From Octopus vulgaris (Eukaryota), in assembly GCA_951406725.2 (NCBI GenBank), contig OX597837.1:42346001-42410000 (forward strand): a stretch of 64,000 nucleotides of DNA, in the 5' to 3' direction. Below are positions 37,410 to 50,525 of the stretch, piece after piece (the stretch's first letter is position 1; each line of letters opens with the position of its first letter). The notes below the pieces were generated by a model. It had not been told where the DNA came from and ran no database searches. It was given only the letters and a program-made list of their open reading frames with translations. Made by a program: the position numbers and the translations under genes.

Positions 37410-37760
37410 ATCACCATCATCGTTGTCGTCATCGTTTAGCATGTTTTCCATACTGGCATGGGTTGGATGGTTTGACAGGAGCTGACCAGCTGAAGGGCTG
37501 TTCAGGTTCCCTGTCTGTTTTGGCATGGTTTCTACAGCTGGATGCCCTTCCTAATGCCAACCACTTTACAGAGTGTGCTGGGTGCTTTTTATGTTGTACC
37601 ATCATGGATGCTTTTTATGTGGCATTAGCCCCTACGAGTCCACGAGAGATTAGGGATGCTCAAGTGGAGAGGTTTGCAGAGGCCAAGCCAGTATGCAAAA
37701 TACAACCACGTCTTTTCAAGCACAGCAAACCACCAGGAGCCTCAGTTCCCTGTCATCATA
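37410..37760 (-). mobile_element. Old family C copy
   Basis: TTTCTACAGCTGGATGCCCTTCCTAATGCCAACCACTTTACAGAG. Confidence 0.8.
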
Positions 37761-38012
37761 CAAGGAATAAATACTGAAGGGAACTATATAATGCAAAACA
37801 GTATGGGAAACAGTTTAAAAATATAATTTTGGTATAAGAAACAAAAGGCACCTTTGAAAGTGTAGAAACTGCCATCTAGGGTGGAACAGGACACTCCAAG
37901 ACCTTGTGGATATTCTGCCCCAGGTATATAGCTTCTGCTAACTGTAAACTCTAGGTGGAATTGAAACTCTGCCCTTCACATGCACACCAATTGTATTATT
38001 TATACATTTTAA

Positions 38013-38234
38013 CCCTTTCGTTAACATATTCATTTTGAGATGCTCTGTGTTTCTTTCAATTAATTGTAAATATAACAAAGAATTTAGTAAAATAACTTAG
38101 TTATCATTAAGCTAGTGTTAGGAACATAAATTGTGACTAAGGTTTGGTGGTATATTTTAATGAAAAACTTATGAAAACAAGACATTTATACTACAGAGCC
38201 AGAGCCGGTTTTGGCCAGGTTAGTATCAAAAGGG
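38013..38234 (+). mobile_element. MITE family D
   Basis: TTAA-CCCTTTCGTTA...TATCAAAAGGG-TTAA. Confidence 0.93.
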
Positions 38235-38356
38235 TTAAGAGATAAATGTGGTTAGCTGAACTGAGCCCAGTATAATAGTTCTGCTTATTTGATTGACCCC
38301 CCAAAAGAATAAATGACATGATCACCCCCAGCAGGGATTGAACTAATAAAGTAACA

Positions 38357-38705
38357 AGGCAAGGCTGTGTGGTTAAGAAGTTCACTATGCAACCATATGG
38401 TCTCTGGTTCAGTCCATCTCTGTGGCACCTTGGGTAAGTGTTTTCTACTATATCCACAGGTTGACCAATGCTGAGTGAATAAATTTGGTAGATGGAAACT
38501 GTGTGGAAGCCTGTTGTATTTATATATGTATCTTCATGTGAGTGTTCCCTCTTAACCTTTGACAGCCAGTATTGGGTGGTTTACAACCCTGTAACTAAGT
38601 ACCAGACTTTAAAATAATTACTGGAGTCATCTGTTTAACTAATCTCTTCAAGGCTGCATCCCAGCATGGCTGCCACCCAATGACTCGAGTAAAAGATAAA
38701 TGATA
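38357..38705 (+). mobile_element. Old SINE family A
   Basis: GGCTGTGTGGTTAAG...GGCACCTTGGGTAAGTG. Confidence 0.75.
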
Positions 38706-39013
38706 AGACATAAATATAATAGCACACACCCTTTCATCAAAGCCTGTAGCATTTTTATCACAGTGTTGGTGTCCTGTAACAGACTGGTATCTTTGTGAGG
38801 AGTGTAGTGGAAATCTGGACGTGTTGTATTACAGAAAGACAGGATGTTGATTTACAATATGTAAGGAACGTTAAGGACTTGTTTAGTGATGTTTGTTGGA
38901 AATCTGGGTGTGTGAGAAGAGTTTTATGACTTGTATAGTAGAAGGTGGTACCAAAAAGTTCCCAGACTAGGTATGTTCAATAAAAAATAACTTAATTATC
39001 TAGGTTTTAACAG

Positions 39014-39252
39014 CATCATCATCGTTTAACGTCCGTTTTCCATGCTAGCATGGGTTGGATGGTTTGACCAGGATCTGGGAAGCCAGAAGGCTGCACCAGG
39101 CTCCAGTCTGATCTGGCAGTGTTTCTATAGCTGGATGCTCTTCCTAACGCCAACCACTCCATGAGTGTAGTGGGTGCTTTTTACGTGCCAATAGCACAGG
39201 TGCCAGGCAAGGCTGGCAACGGCCACGATCGATTAGTGCTTTTTACGTGCCA
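39014..39252 (-). mobile_element. Family C retroelement
   Basis: Near-identical to the reverse complement of 53810-54062. Confidence 0.88.
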
Positions 39253-39543
39253 TTCAAATCCAGTTGGGGCCAACTTTACTGAACATATTTATAGGGTTGA
39301 TAAAATAAAGCACCAACTAGTGTGGGTGTGTGTGTGTCTGTGTTTGTCTTCTCAACATCACTTGACAACCAATGTTGGTGTGTTTACGTCCCAGTAACTT
39401 AGCGGTTCGGCAAAAGAGACCGATAGAATAAGTACTAGGCTTACAAAGTATAAGTCCTGGGGTCTATTTGCTCAATTATTATTGAGTTTCAAATTAAGGT
39501 AAGTTTTTGCTCAATTATTATTATTATCATTATTATTATTATT

Positions 39544-40078
39544 GAGTGAGAGAGCCGTTCATGCCATCAAAGTGACACTGGGGTAAAATATACGAAGCCC
39601 AATATACCCATCATGACTACCCGTCTGATAAAGGTACACCAGGCACATGCATCACAACCATATGTGCGCAACATGGTGATCTCATATCAAGATAAACAGC
39701 ACATGACCTTGCAGGTGGGGCCCAGTTAGAATTTTCTTCAGGTTGAGTAGCCCATCCCGCTCAAACGGTCCCTGAATAAGGGTTGTTTAAGGATGTTGAA
39801 AGAACCACCCATGTTTCCAAAGGTGAACTATTCAAACCCCAAACAATCCCTCTCAACACATGGCTATGATGCTCCCCCACTACTTCTGCTCGTGATCAGA
39901 GATGCACATATCGTCAGCCACTAAGGGACATGCTCAACTGGTTACGGTCAAACAACTGACAACAAATCTGTGGTATTGAGCAGAATATTTGCTGTAGCCC
40001 ATCTTTTATACCAAGACAAAACAATGTACATGATAACATTTCCAATCAGTTAAGATCAGAAGCCATGAGAGCCACTGC
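39544..40078 (-). mobile_element. Probable retroelement 3-prime UTR inserted into a (TAA)n microsatellite
   Basis: 535 bp of higher-GC sequence with abrupt (ATT)n on both sides and no meaningful ORF; minus strand ends CTCTCTCACTC-(AAT)n. Confidence 0.55.
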
Positions 40079-40158
40079 TTATTATTATTATTACTATGAT
40101 AATTACTATTATTATTATAATTATTATTATTATTATTATTATTACTATTACTATGATA

Positions 40159-40202
<44 letters not shown>

Positions 40203-40332
40203 GATAATTACTATTATTATTATTATTATTATTATTACTATGATAATTACTATTATTATTATTATTATTATTACTATGATAATTACTATTATTATTATTA
40301 TTACTATTATTATTATTACTATTACTATGATA

Positions 40333-40373
<41 letters not shown>

Positions 40374-40384
40374 GATAATTACTA

Positions 40385-40415
<31 letters not shown>

Positions 40416-40467
40416 TACTATGATAATTATTATTATTATTATTATGATTATTATTATTATTATTATT
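40079..40467. repeat. (TAT)n with recurring TACTATGATAAT
   Basis: Direct reading. Confidence 0.97.
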
Positions 40468-40741
40468 TTAGTACAGATATTGCAATAAAAATAACAATAA
40501 CAATGAGGCAACAAACCTAAACAATAGCAGTTTGTTACATGGACACAATGTCTGGAATTGTTGTGGAAGAGATGAGAATTTCTGCCAAATATGTTTCCCT
40601 GTCCCCAAGAGTATTATTGGTGACATGAAGAGAAGGGTTCTGAGTGTAATCTGAAACTGGGTTACTGATTTAGTTCACTGACAAACCAACCATCATATCA
40701 TAGAGTCCACATGTCACAACTATGGGTGGTAGTAGGAGAGA

Positions 40742-40901
40742 GAGGAGGAGGAGGAGGAGGAGGAGGAGGAGAAGAAGAAGAAGAAGAAGAAGAAGAAGAA
40801 GAAGAAGAAGAAGAAGAAGAAGAAGAAGAAGAAGAAGAAGAAGAAGAAGAAGAAGAAGAAGAAGAAGAAGAAGAAGAAGAAGAAGAAGAAGAAGAAGAAG
40901 A
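40742..40901. repeat. (GGA)n followed by long pure (GAA)n
   Basis: Direct reading. Confidence 0.98.
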
Positions 40902-42916
40902 TCAACAACAAGAACATACAAGGAAAAGATGAGATTATCACTGGAATTTCTCCAGCAAATGAAATTGGCAATTCCATAAAATGACTAGATTATATTCCAT
41001 TTGTATTGCATAGGGCCCAATAATCCCTACCAACCGCCAAACCACCTGAAAGCTACCACCACCATCACCACCACCAACAACAACAATAATAACAACAACA
41101 CCAATAACACCACTGTAATAGCATGTTCATAATCATCATCATCAGCATCGTTCTTTGTATTCTTGTGTAGTTTAATAAACATCACAGCATTTGCTCGAAG
41201 GCAATAATTTAACACAGATTCTTCATCACACACAGATTTTTCCATTGCTACCTCGCCGCCATATTACTCTTACGGTTTGGGATTTCAATCTAGCTGAATC
41301 TAAACACTTGTATACTTAATATGAACATGTTTGGATTCACTCGTCGAACAAGTCAACTGGCAATGGATACATTGTTATTTCAAACCCTCCGCTCTGCTCT
41401 GCTCTCTCTCTCTCTTTATTTTTATTTATTTATTTTGGTTTTCGGTGTACTTTTAATGATATTTTTGTTTCTTTCCTTTATTGACAAATACTATTATGGA
41501 AAGATGGTGAAGGAACCAGAACAAATATGTTAGAACATCCGCGATGTTTCGTTGGTTTATTAGATCATATGTACGCGGAAGATGGATTTAAATTTGGCAG
41601 CGATTCACGGTAGGTGTTTTCACTACATCATGTTCACTGCTTCATCAATCCAAAAACTGAGTTTATACTGAAGTCAAATTCACGTTTCGTCCCTTTGGGG
41701 GGGGGGGGGATAATAAAACAGGCAAGAATGAGATCAATCTATTTTATTTTCTTTCTATTTATATATATATATATATATATAAAAAATAAAATAGAAAATT
41801 GGCCTTGTGCGTTAACAAAGGTATCATTATACATACCTATGATCAACAAAGCATTCCAACCATGACCAAACTGGGAGAATAGTGAGAGCAAAATAAAAAC
41901 AAATTCAACACAAAACTTAGTTGAATAATAGAAAAAGAAAGTAGTAGTAGTAGTAGTAGTAGTAGCATGTCTGTATACACACACATACACACATACACAC
42001 AAACACATACACGAACAAACTATAAATACAAATATGCATATTTCAAATGTGGGCTGGGAGTGGGGCTCAAGGCAGTTGTTCAGCCTGCTAGAAAAAGCAA
42101 CCAAATCTCCCTCAAAACATGTCCTACAGCCTTAAAAATAGGAGGACACACTAAATAACGAAGCCCTCAATACGAAAAAGCTATAAAAAGAAGATTAATT
42201 ATTATTAGGGTTTTGGCTCAAAAGCATTCCAGCTGTGACCAACCTGTTTTTTTTTTCTTCATTGATGAAACTGATTATCCCCTTCCCCCAAAACATGAAT
42301 ACTAGGATTGATTTGTCCAACTAAAACCCTTTGAGGTAGTGCCCAAGCATGGCCGCAGTCTATTTCCTTTTCCACGTAAAAAATAACAATACAACTGAAG
42401 ATTATGATTTGAACCAAATAATTTCCCCTCTTATTTAGTTATATGCTGTTTGAGAAACAGAGAAGAAAAACAGAGGGAGAGAGAGGCGGGGGGTTAAAAA
42501 GATGTTGAGATGTTGTGATACATATATAAGATATTACAATATGTCAAATTTCTAATTTATGAAGCATTTTATCACAAGGAATATGAGAAGGAAAAAAGAA
42601 ACTGAAGATTGTCAATATATGTATGGTAATAAGAGATGTGAAAGATAGAAGAAGAAGAAGAAGAAGAAGAAGAAGAAGAAGAAGCAAAAGGACAATTATT
42701 GAATTCAATTTTAATTTACAGCTTCATGCATTTTGAAATTACTGTTATTTATTCAGTAATACCCCTGAGCAGCAAGGAAGAGAGTTTTGTATTGAAACAA
42801 AACAAAACAGGCAGCAGTCCAATAACTCTGATCTTCGGGGTCCGTACTTGATGTTGGGAGATTAAATTGAAACAATATCAAATTGGTTGGATGATAGTGA
42901 TGTTGATAATGATGAC

Positions 42917-43290
42917 GGAGGGGGAGGGGGGAGGAGGAGACAAGCAGAGGAGGAAGAGGTAGGCAGAGGACGAGGAGGAGGAGGAGGCAGAAGAGGAGGA
43001 AGTGGTAGACAGAGGAGGAGGAGGAAGAGGCAGAAGTGGAGGAAGAGGTAGGCAGAGATTGAGGGGGAGGCAGAAGATGAGGAAGAGGTAGGCAGAGGAG
43101 GAGGAAGAGGAGGAGGAGGCAGAAGAGGAGGAGGAGGTACGCAGAGGATGAGGAAGAGGAGGAGGCAGAAGAGGAGGAAGAGGTAGGCAGAGGATGAGGT
43201 GGAGGAGGAGGCAGGCTGAAGAGGAAGGTGAAGAAGGAAAGAGAGACGAAAAGGGAGAAGAACGAAGAGGGAACAGGAAGAGAAGAAGAA
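42917..43290. repeat. Purine-rich (GAG)-based tract with recurring GAAGAGGTAGGCAGAG
   Basis: Direct reading. Confidence 0.9.
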
Positions 43291-43491
43291 ACTTTTTTTC
43301 AAAAACATGCAAACATTTTTCTAATTTCAATTCTAGAAAATATATTTTCTTATTCTACGGAGTAAAAAAAAACGTAAAATGCAGTGGAAGATTATGATTT
43401 GAACCAAATAATATTCTTTTCCCTTTGGCTATAGATTGTGTGAGAAACAGAGAGCGAGAGAAGGAGAGAAAGGTGAGAGAAGGTTGGAGTG

Positions 43492-43541
<50 letters not shown>

Positions 43542-43770
43542 GCTTAACTGTATACAGATGCCGTGTATATTCCTTAGAACACTACAACAGATCAATAATT
43601 GACCCATCATGCATGTAACTTTGATGAAGCTAAAAATGCTGAATAATATTGGTAAGTCATTTAAACTGAAAGAGGAAGTAGTGGAGGGAAGCGAAAAGAG
43701 AGAAAAAAAAACATCGTTCCCAAATTATAAAACTGGAAAAATAAAATTTGTTAAAGTCACAGCAAAAGAA

Positions 43771-44026
43771 AATAATAATAATAATAATAATAATAGTAAT
43801 AATAATAATAATAATAATAATAGTAATAGTAATAATAATAATAGTAATAATAATAATAATAATAGTAATAGTAATAATAATAATAGTAATAATAATAATA
43901 ATAATAATGATAATAATAATAATAATGATAATAAAAATAGTAATAATAATAATGATAATAATAATAACAATAATAATAATAATAATAATAATAATGATAA
44001 TAATAATAATAATAATAATGATGATA
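43771..44026. repeat. (AAT)n microsatellite
   Basis: Direct reading. Confidence 0.97.
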
Positions 44027-44668
44027 AAATAAATAAGTGCTGTTTTTTTTTGTTGATTTGTTGATGCGAAGTATATAAAAAAAAAACTCTCAAAAAACTA
44101 AGCTACTTGAATTTAACTATGAAACTTAAGAGAGTGGATAAAAAAACATCAACAACAACAACAACAGCAACAATAGTTTTGTTCGAAACTTATTGCTTAC
44201 ATTAAAAGAAAGGAAAAGAAAAGAAAAGAAAATTATTGAAAGGAATTAAATTTTTTATTCTTTTTTTTTTTTTTTTTTTATCATTTTATGCATTTGACAG
44301 CTTCCTAAAAAGATGTTTTAACAGATTAGCTGCTACAAGTAGTGGCATAAGAATTTTTGACAGACGATGATGATGATGATGATGATGATGACAGCGACAA
44401 ACTATTATGAAGAAGAGGATGTGTATGATGATGATGATGATGATGATGACAATGATGAAGAGATGGTGTAAGAAGATGATGATTTCATTTCTGACTTAGG
44501 CATTGTTCCAGCAATTTTGTGAGGTTAGTCAATATCACTGACCCCACCCCCCACCTCACCACCAGTGCTCCAGTCGACTGGTTCTTTCATTCTATCGACC
44601 CTTCCCAGAGGGACGAAAGGGGGGCAAAAACTGACCTTAATTTGAAGCTCAGAATGGAAGCAAATACT

Positions 44669-44886
44669 TATTTCTTTATTGCCCACAAAGAGGTTAAACA
44701 TAGAAGGAACAAACAAAGACAGACAGAGGGATTAAGTCGATTACATCGACCCCAGTGTGTAACTGGTACTTAATTTATCGACCTGAAAAGGATGAAAGGT
44801 AAAGTCGACCTTGGCGGAATTTGAATTCAGAACGTAGCGGCAGACAAGCATTTCGCCCGGCGTGCTAACGTTTCTGCCAGCTCGCC
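44669..44886 (-). mobile_element. SINE family B
   Basis: Collinear with 8578-8810. Confidence 0.9.
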
Positions 44887-45187
44887 TTATATATATAAGT
44901 TGCTTTATGAAAGATATGACAGAGTACTGAGATATGTGGGCATTGCTGTACTTGAGGCCCTGCTTCGAAGAACTAGAAGGCTTACAATTACATGTAACTA
45001 TGTACACATCTAGTGCTTGTTATGTTTGAGTAAACTAGATGGCTTACACCGGTGTGTTTGTGTTTCTTTATTGCTATAGCAAAAAAGTTAAAAGTGCCAA
45101 CCTTTTAAAGTTCAAGAGACAATGATGATCGTCCTTTTATTCTTTTACTGGTTTCAGTTTTGGGACTGTGCCCATACTGGAGCACTA

Positions 45188-45648
45188 GGATCTTTTCGGT
45201 TTGAACGGCAGTTTTTTAAAATAATTTCCACGTAACTAAACACTTTTAAACTTCGTATACTGGTAGAATGTGTTTATAAAACATCTTTTTCTCTTGGCTT
45301 TATTGAGAAAATTCTATAGTTTGTAAGATATTTGTTGTTTTTTTTCTTCAATTTCTGCAATTTCAACCAATCAACGACATCTATTGAGGTGAAAACATTC
45401 TGTGCCGTATGAAAATGTCCCTTGTTTAAGAAACAGATTGGGTTTATTTACATTTCTGAAGAAAAAAATACCCTTTCCCCCACCCCTAAACCTAACCCTA
45501 ACTAACCCTAACGAACCTTAACGAACCTTAACTAACCCTAACCCTAAAACAGATTGAAATGCAATAGATCGATACTAGGGTCATAATTATGGGTTACAAT
45601 TTCATATGACACCGCTAGAAAAAACTGCCGTTCAAACCGAAAAGATCC
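45188..45648. mobile_element. 461-bp non-autonomous DNA transposon with 30-bp perfect TIRs and 8-bp TSD (Merlin-like termini)
   Basis: TIR GGATCTTTTCGGTTTGAACGGCAGTTTTTT and its exact inverse; TSD GAGCACTA at 45180-45187 and 45649-45656; superfamily inferred only from GG ends plus 8-bp TSD. Confidence 0.92.
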
Positions 45649-45915
45649 GAGCACTATATCCAGAAATTTTAATAAATTTTATTGAACCTAACAAATAGTA
45701 ATCTGACAGTTATTCTTTTGATCTCTGTTAATCTACACACAGAGCACACTTTTACCATGAAGGAACATAACTCAACAAGGTACCTTTGCTCAGCACATGA
45801 ATACACACACACACAGAGGTTAGGGATCTGGCCATAAAACATTGCCTCAACATGTTCCTTTTAACCCATATCAGCATAGAGTATAGAACATACAAATGGT
45901 GATACTCTATTTATG

Positions 45916-46108
45916 AGAGGGGGGGAGATAGGGAGGGAGAGAAAGAGAGAGAGAGAAAGAGAGAGAGAGAGAAAGAAAGAGAGAGAGAGAAAGAGAGAGA
46001 AAGAGAGAGAGAAAAAGAGAAAGAGAGAGAGAGATAGAGAAAGAGAGAAAGAGAAAGAGAGAAAGAGAAAAAGAGAAAGAGAGAAAGACAGAGAGAGAAA
46101 GAGAGAGA
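45916..46108. repeat. (GA)/(GAAA) tract
   Basis: Direct reading. Confidence 0.95.
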
Positions 46109-46544
46109 TGTTTGTTTTCATGTGTAGTTAAAAATTTAAATAAATATTAGACTTGTGGATAATTCAAAAGCTTTTCAGTAGAGTAACATTCATTTTATTT
46201 CCATAAAGAAGAGGTTGACAGTAACTTCAAAGCAACTGTCAACCTTTTTCTTGTATATATGTATATTTACGCATGTTTTATTGGGGATTCAAGGTTTTGG
46301 CCTTGCAGAAATTAAGCCAGTCACTAACAAAGAGGCAAGGGGCAGGGCTCTTTTCTTCAGGTCAAGACAGGTCTTGCAGTTTGTGGTTATCTCAGTTGGT
46401 TGATGCATACATACATACATGTTTACATGTGAATAATATTGTGTGTGTGTGTGTGTGTGTGTGTGTATGCATTTATGAGAGTGTATGTATACATGAGGGG
46501 CTTCTGTATAGTTTCTATTTGCCAAATTTCACTCCCAAGGTATA

Positions 46545-46952
46545 GGCGCAGGAGTGGCTGTGTGGTAAGTAGCTTGTTTACCAACCACATGGTTCCGGTT
46601 TCAGTCCCACTGTGTGGCACCTTGGGCAAGTGTCTTCTACTATAGCCTCGGGCCGACCAAAGCCTTGTGAATGGATTTGGTAGACGGAAAGTGAAAGAAG
46701 CCCGTCGTATATATATGTATATGTATATGTGTGTGTGTTTGTGTGTCTGTGTTTGTCCCCCTAGCATTGCTTGACAACCGATGCTGGTGTGCTTACGTCC
46801 CCCGTTACTTAGCGGTTCGGCAAAAGAGACCGATAGAATAAGTACTGGGCTTACAAAAGAATAAGTCTCGGGGTTGAGTTGCTCGATTAAAGGTGGTGCT
46901 CCAGTATGGCCGCAGTCAAATGACTGAAACAAGTAAAAGAGTAAAAGAGTAA
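46545..46952 (+). mobile_element. Full-length young SINE family A
   Basis: GGCGCAGGAGTGGCTGTGTGGTAAG...GAAACAAGTAAAAGAGTAAAAGAG; AAGGTA on both flanks. Confidence 0.93.
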
Positions 46953-47764
46953 GGTAGCAATCAATGCAAGGCACTTGTGAGATCGAACATGGAACCATGT
47001 AGCTCCAAGCAAACCTCTTAACCACATGGCAATGTCTGCCCTACTTTCTTCTCCAATATAATATTATCTTCAAGGCAGCAGCAGACTAACATTTAAGGTG
47101 AGAGAAGACAGAAACTGAATTTGTTCTGAGAAGAATGAAAGACAAATAGATAGGACTTCAAAGTCATTCGTTAATAGGATATGGTACCACTTAGGTGAGT
47201 GGTTGGTAAGTCTGGTAGAAGTTGGTATAAGAATCTAATCTGGTAGATTAAATATCTTAAGAGCACAAGGAATTTTATGAATAAGGATAATTATTAACTT
47301 CCTTTAATCCTTTGAATGTGGATGGCAGAGATATCTACTCAATATTTCATTATCCCTTAAGTGTGAAAAGCAGTTTATTTACAAATCTATCTTTGAAGAA
47401 CACTATGCCATGTTTGAAACTATTTTCTATTGAGATGTGTTGAGTTTGTTATGGCAACATGACCTGCAGAAAATACAGATTCTATTTTCTAAATTTTTGT
47501 TTGGTTCGAGATGCCTCAGTTCGAGATGCCATGGTTCGAGATGCCTCGAGGGTGGTAGAAGAAGCCGACTCAAACTGCCCAGGGTGAATGTCGCCACAAG
47601 TACAAGTAAGTAGTACTTATTGCAGTGGTCCTTCGGTTTTACTAAGTCCTGGAAAGGAACTCAGAAGGTTAGGCCCCCCAACTAGGTCTTTCGCAATAGC
47701 CTTAAAGCCAGGAACTTCTCAGCAACCCCTTGTACATTCAAGAATACAAATCCATAAATCCATA

Positions 47765-48068
47765 AAGCACCATCCAAACGTGGCCGATGCCAGCACCACC
47801 TTGACTGGCTTCCGTGCCGGTGGCACATAAAAAGCACCAATCCGATCATGGCCTTTGCCAACCTCGTCTGGCACCTGTGCCGGTGGCACGTTAAAAGCAC
47901 CCACTACACTCACGTAGTGGTTGGCGTTAGGAAGGGCATCCAGCTGTAGAAACACTGCCAGAGCAGACTGGAGCCTGGTGCAGCCTTTTGGCTTCCCAGA
48001 TCCCCGGTCGAACCGTCCAACCTAAGCTAGCACGGAGAACGGACGTTAAACGATGATGATGATGATGA
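47765..48068 (+). mobile_element. Family C retroelement
   Basis: Standard body and (GAT)n tail. Confidence 0.88.
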
Positions 48069-48956
48069 ACCGATCTAAACTTCATGTAAATGTAAATATT
48101 GTGAGTTCTATGAAACATTTACTCAGGTGCTGTACTGATTCAGCAATACAAAACAATATTAATTTCTGCAGCAGTCCCAGCAGAACAGGTAATATATATT
48201 TCTGAAAGAAATGGAGAAACCATCCAATTAAACAAAACCTGGAAACAGTAATATCCATAATGGGATAATAATGATGATTTCCCACACTGGCACAAAGCCA
48301 TAAATTATAAACAGGGATAGATACAGTTGATTAAATCAATCCTACGGTATGCCAGCTATTTATTTTATTCACCCAGGAAGGATGAAAGCCAACATCAACC
48401 AGAGATATCATTATTAATAATTATGATAATAACGACAACAACAATAATAATAATGATAATGGTCTTTTATTATTGGCACTGGCATCAAGACTATAAATTT
48501 GTCTATCGATATATTTCTAATACTTATATCGAGTTCAAATCCTGAGAAGTTTGAGCTTAAAATATAAAGAAATGTAGCTAAATACAGTAAGATGTTTTGT
48601 GTGATAGTTTACAGCAAAAACTCGCTGTCACCATCACAACCACTACCATCATCATTATTATTGTTTACTTGAAATAGAGCAATGCACATTTTTTTTAAAA
48701 TTTAGCCGAAATAAGAAGAATAGTGGCCATGGCTTGCATAGACTTTCCAAGATCAGTGAAGTAGATAGGTAAAGGTGGTGTTTAGATGGAACATCCGCTG
48801 TATCTGTCACCATCTTGTAGGGTTGATGTCTGGAGGCAAAAATGAGGGCAAGGAAGGGGTAAGTGAAAAGTTTAGTATAACGATTGAAGGTTTGACAGTG
48901 AATGGTTGATAAAAAAGGAGCATCTCAATTATAGATATTTTGCTAGTGCAAAACTG

Positions 48957-48967
48957 TAGTAGTAGTA

Positions 48968-49063
<96 letters not shown>
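48957..49063. repeat. (AGT)n/(GGT)n microsatellite
   Basis: Direct reading. Confidence 0.96.
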
Positions 49064-49066
<3 letters not shown>

Positions 49067-50280
49067 GGAAAAGAGACAGAAAGAGAATACAAAGAAAAGA
49101 TAAAGATTCTCTGGGGATTTGAATAATTTTTAACTCAGTCAGAATACCCTTTCCTTTTTAGATGTACTGTACAATGTCCCTGTGTAGCAGCTAGAAATTT
49201 GCTTATGGAGGTGCAAACCCAGGTTCAAAAGTTTTTACAAACAAGGTCTTATTGTTTTTTTTAAAATTATTTTTGTTCTTTGTTCTTTGAAAAGAAGCCA
49301 AAACTTCAAGCTACCTTTTACAGATCGCTTTTTACTCAGTTTTCAAAAGTAGAGAAAAGCAAGTAGGGGTCCAAATTTTGATTTTGCCCTCCAGAAAAAC
49401 TTTAAGGGGTGCGCTTGCACTCCCTGAACTTGCTGTTCCTGGGTCCATGGTAGCAGCTGTTGTGTTGTCCCATATATCTAAACTATGCTGTAATATATAT
49501 TATAAAGGACCACAGTCGAAGTATTTTCTACTCAATAGGACACACAGTGTTAACTGGTCAGAGATGTCTGAGATTACTGTGTAATATAAAATTAAGATAT
49601 GTTTACCATTGGCAGGTTTTATTCACTATTTTAACAAACATATATAAGGAGTAGGTGTGGCATTCCAACCACATAGTTAAGTTACAGGTGATATAACTAA
49701 CAATTAATATAGAGGGGAAATAGGGAGAGAAGTTTTGTACTCCTGGGACAGACAATACTGTGGCACTGGACCAAAGAGGAGGAACAGAGACTGAAATACT
49801 GAAATAATACCAGGTGTTGTCAGCCTCATAATAACCCAGGTGAGGGTTATTAGAAAGCAGAAATTCTGGTCATGTTACTTGATTGCTGCTATGCAGGCAA
49901 AATATTTGCTTCGTGTTTGTGTGTAGTGGTGAAGGCCAAAGTTCACCGCCCCCTCTCAAACCACCCACTCACCTGAAATTACACTGATATACCCTAATCA
50001 TTATCAAATACAGATCAAAATGCAGCAATTATAATCAGTTAAATTAAGACAAAGATTTATAGCCGTTTATCAGAGAAACAGTGCCACCCAATTGGCAATA
50101 AACTTATATTTGTGGTAGCAATCTATGGCTCCCTTCCAGCTGAGACTACTGATGCACCACTGCCACCATCACCACCACCACAGCTACAACCAATACTACC
50201 ACTATCACCACCATCACTACATTATATAAATACAGCTAATCTGACTTATTTTATCCTCTGCATCACTGGGTTATCATTAA

Positions 50281-50512
50281 CCCTTTAGCATTCAGATTAC
50301 TCTGTCAAATGTAATGCTTATTTATTCAAATTGTTTTGAATTAAACATGAACTGTCTTGTAGTTTCAGGATTTTCGAGATTTTGATGATGTGATTGGTTT
50401 ACATTAAGAGTGATACTGTAAGGGTAGGTGTGACATGCCAGATCTATCCAGGTTTGAACAGAAACCAGACCGAATACTTCAGCTAGTTATAACTGGTTGA
50501 AATGCAAAAGGG
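50281..50512 (+). mobile_element. MITE family E, intact
   Basis: TTAA-CCCTTTAGCATT...AATGCAAAAGGG-TTAA. Confidence 0.93.
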
Positions 50513-50525
50513 TTAAACTCTAATT

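Noticed and set aside
38939-39010. Mariner-like TIR remnant
   Set aside because: Only one degenerate end was found, with no transposase sequence.
40982-41003. TGACTAGATTATATTCC resembling miR-279
   Set aside because: Seed match only; the upstream arm lacks the complement of the seed.
45484-45547. CCCTAA repeats as a chromosome end or fusion site
   Set aside because: Short, degenerate and internal to a TIR element.
46545-46620. SINE heads as tRNA genes
   Set aside because: A/B boxes are present but they run straight into SINE cores and lack a full cloverleaf.
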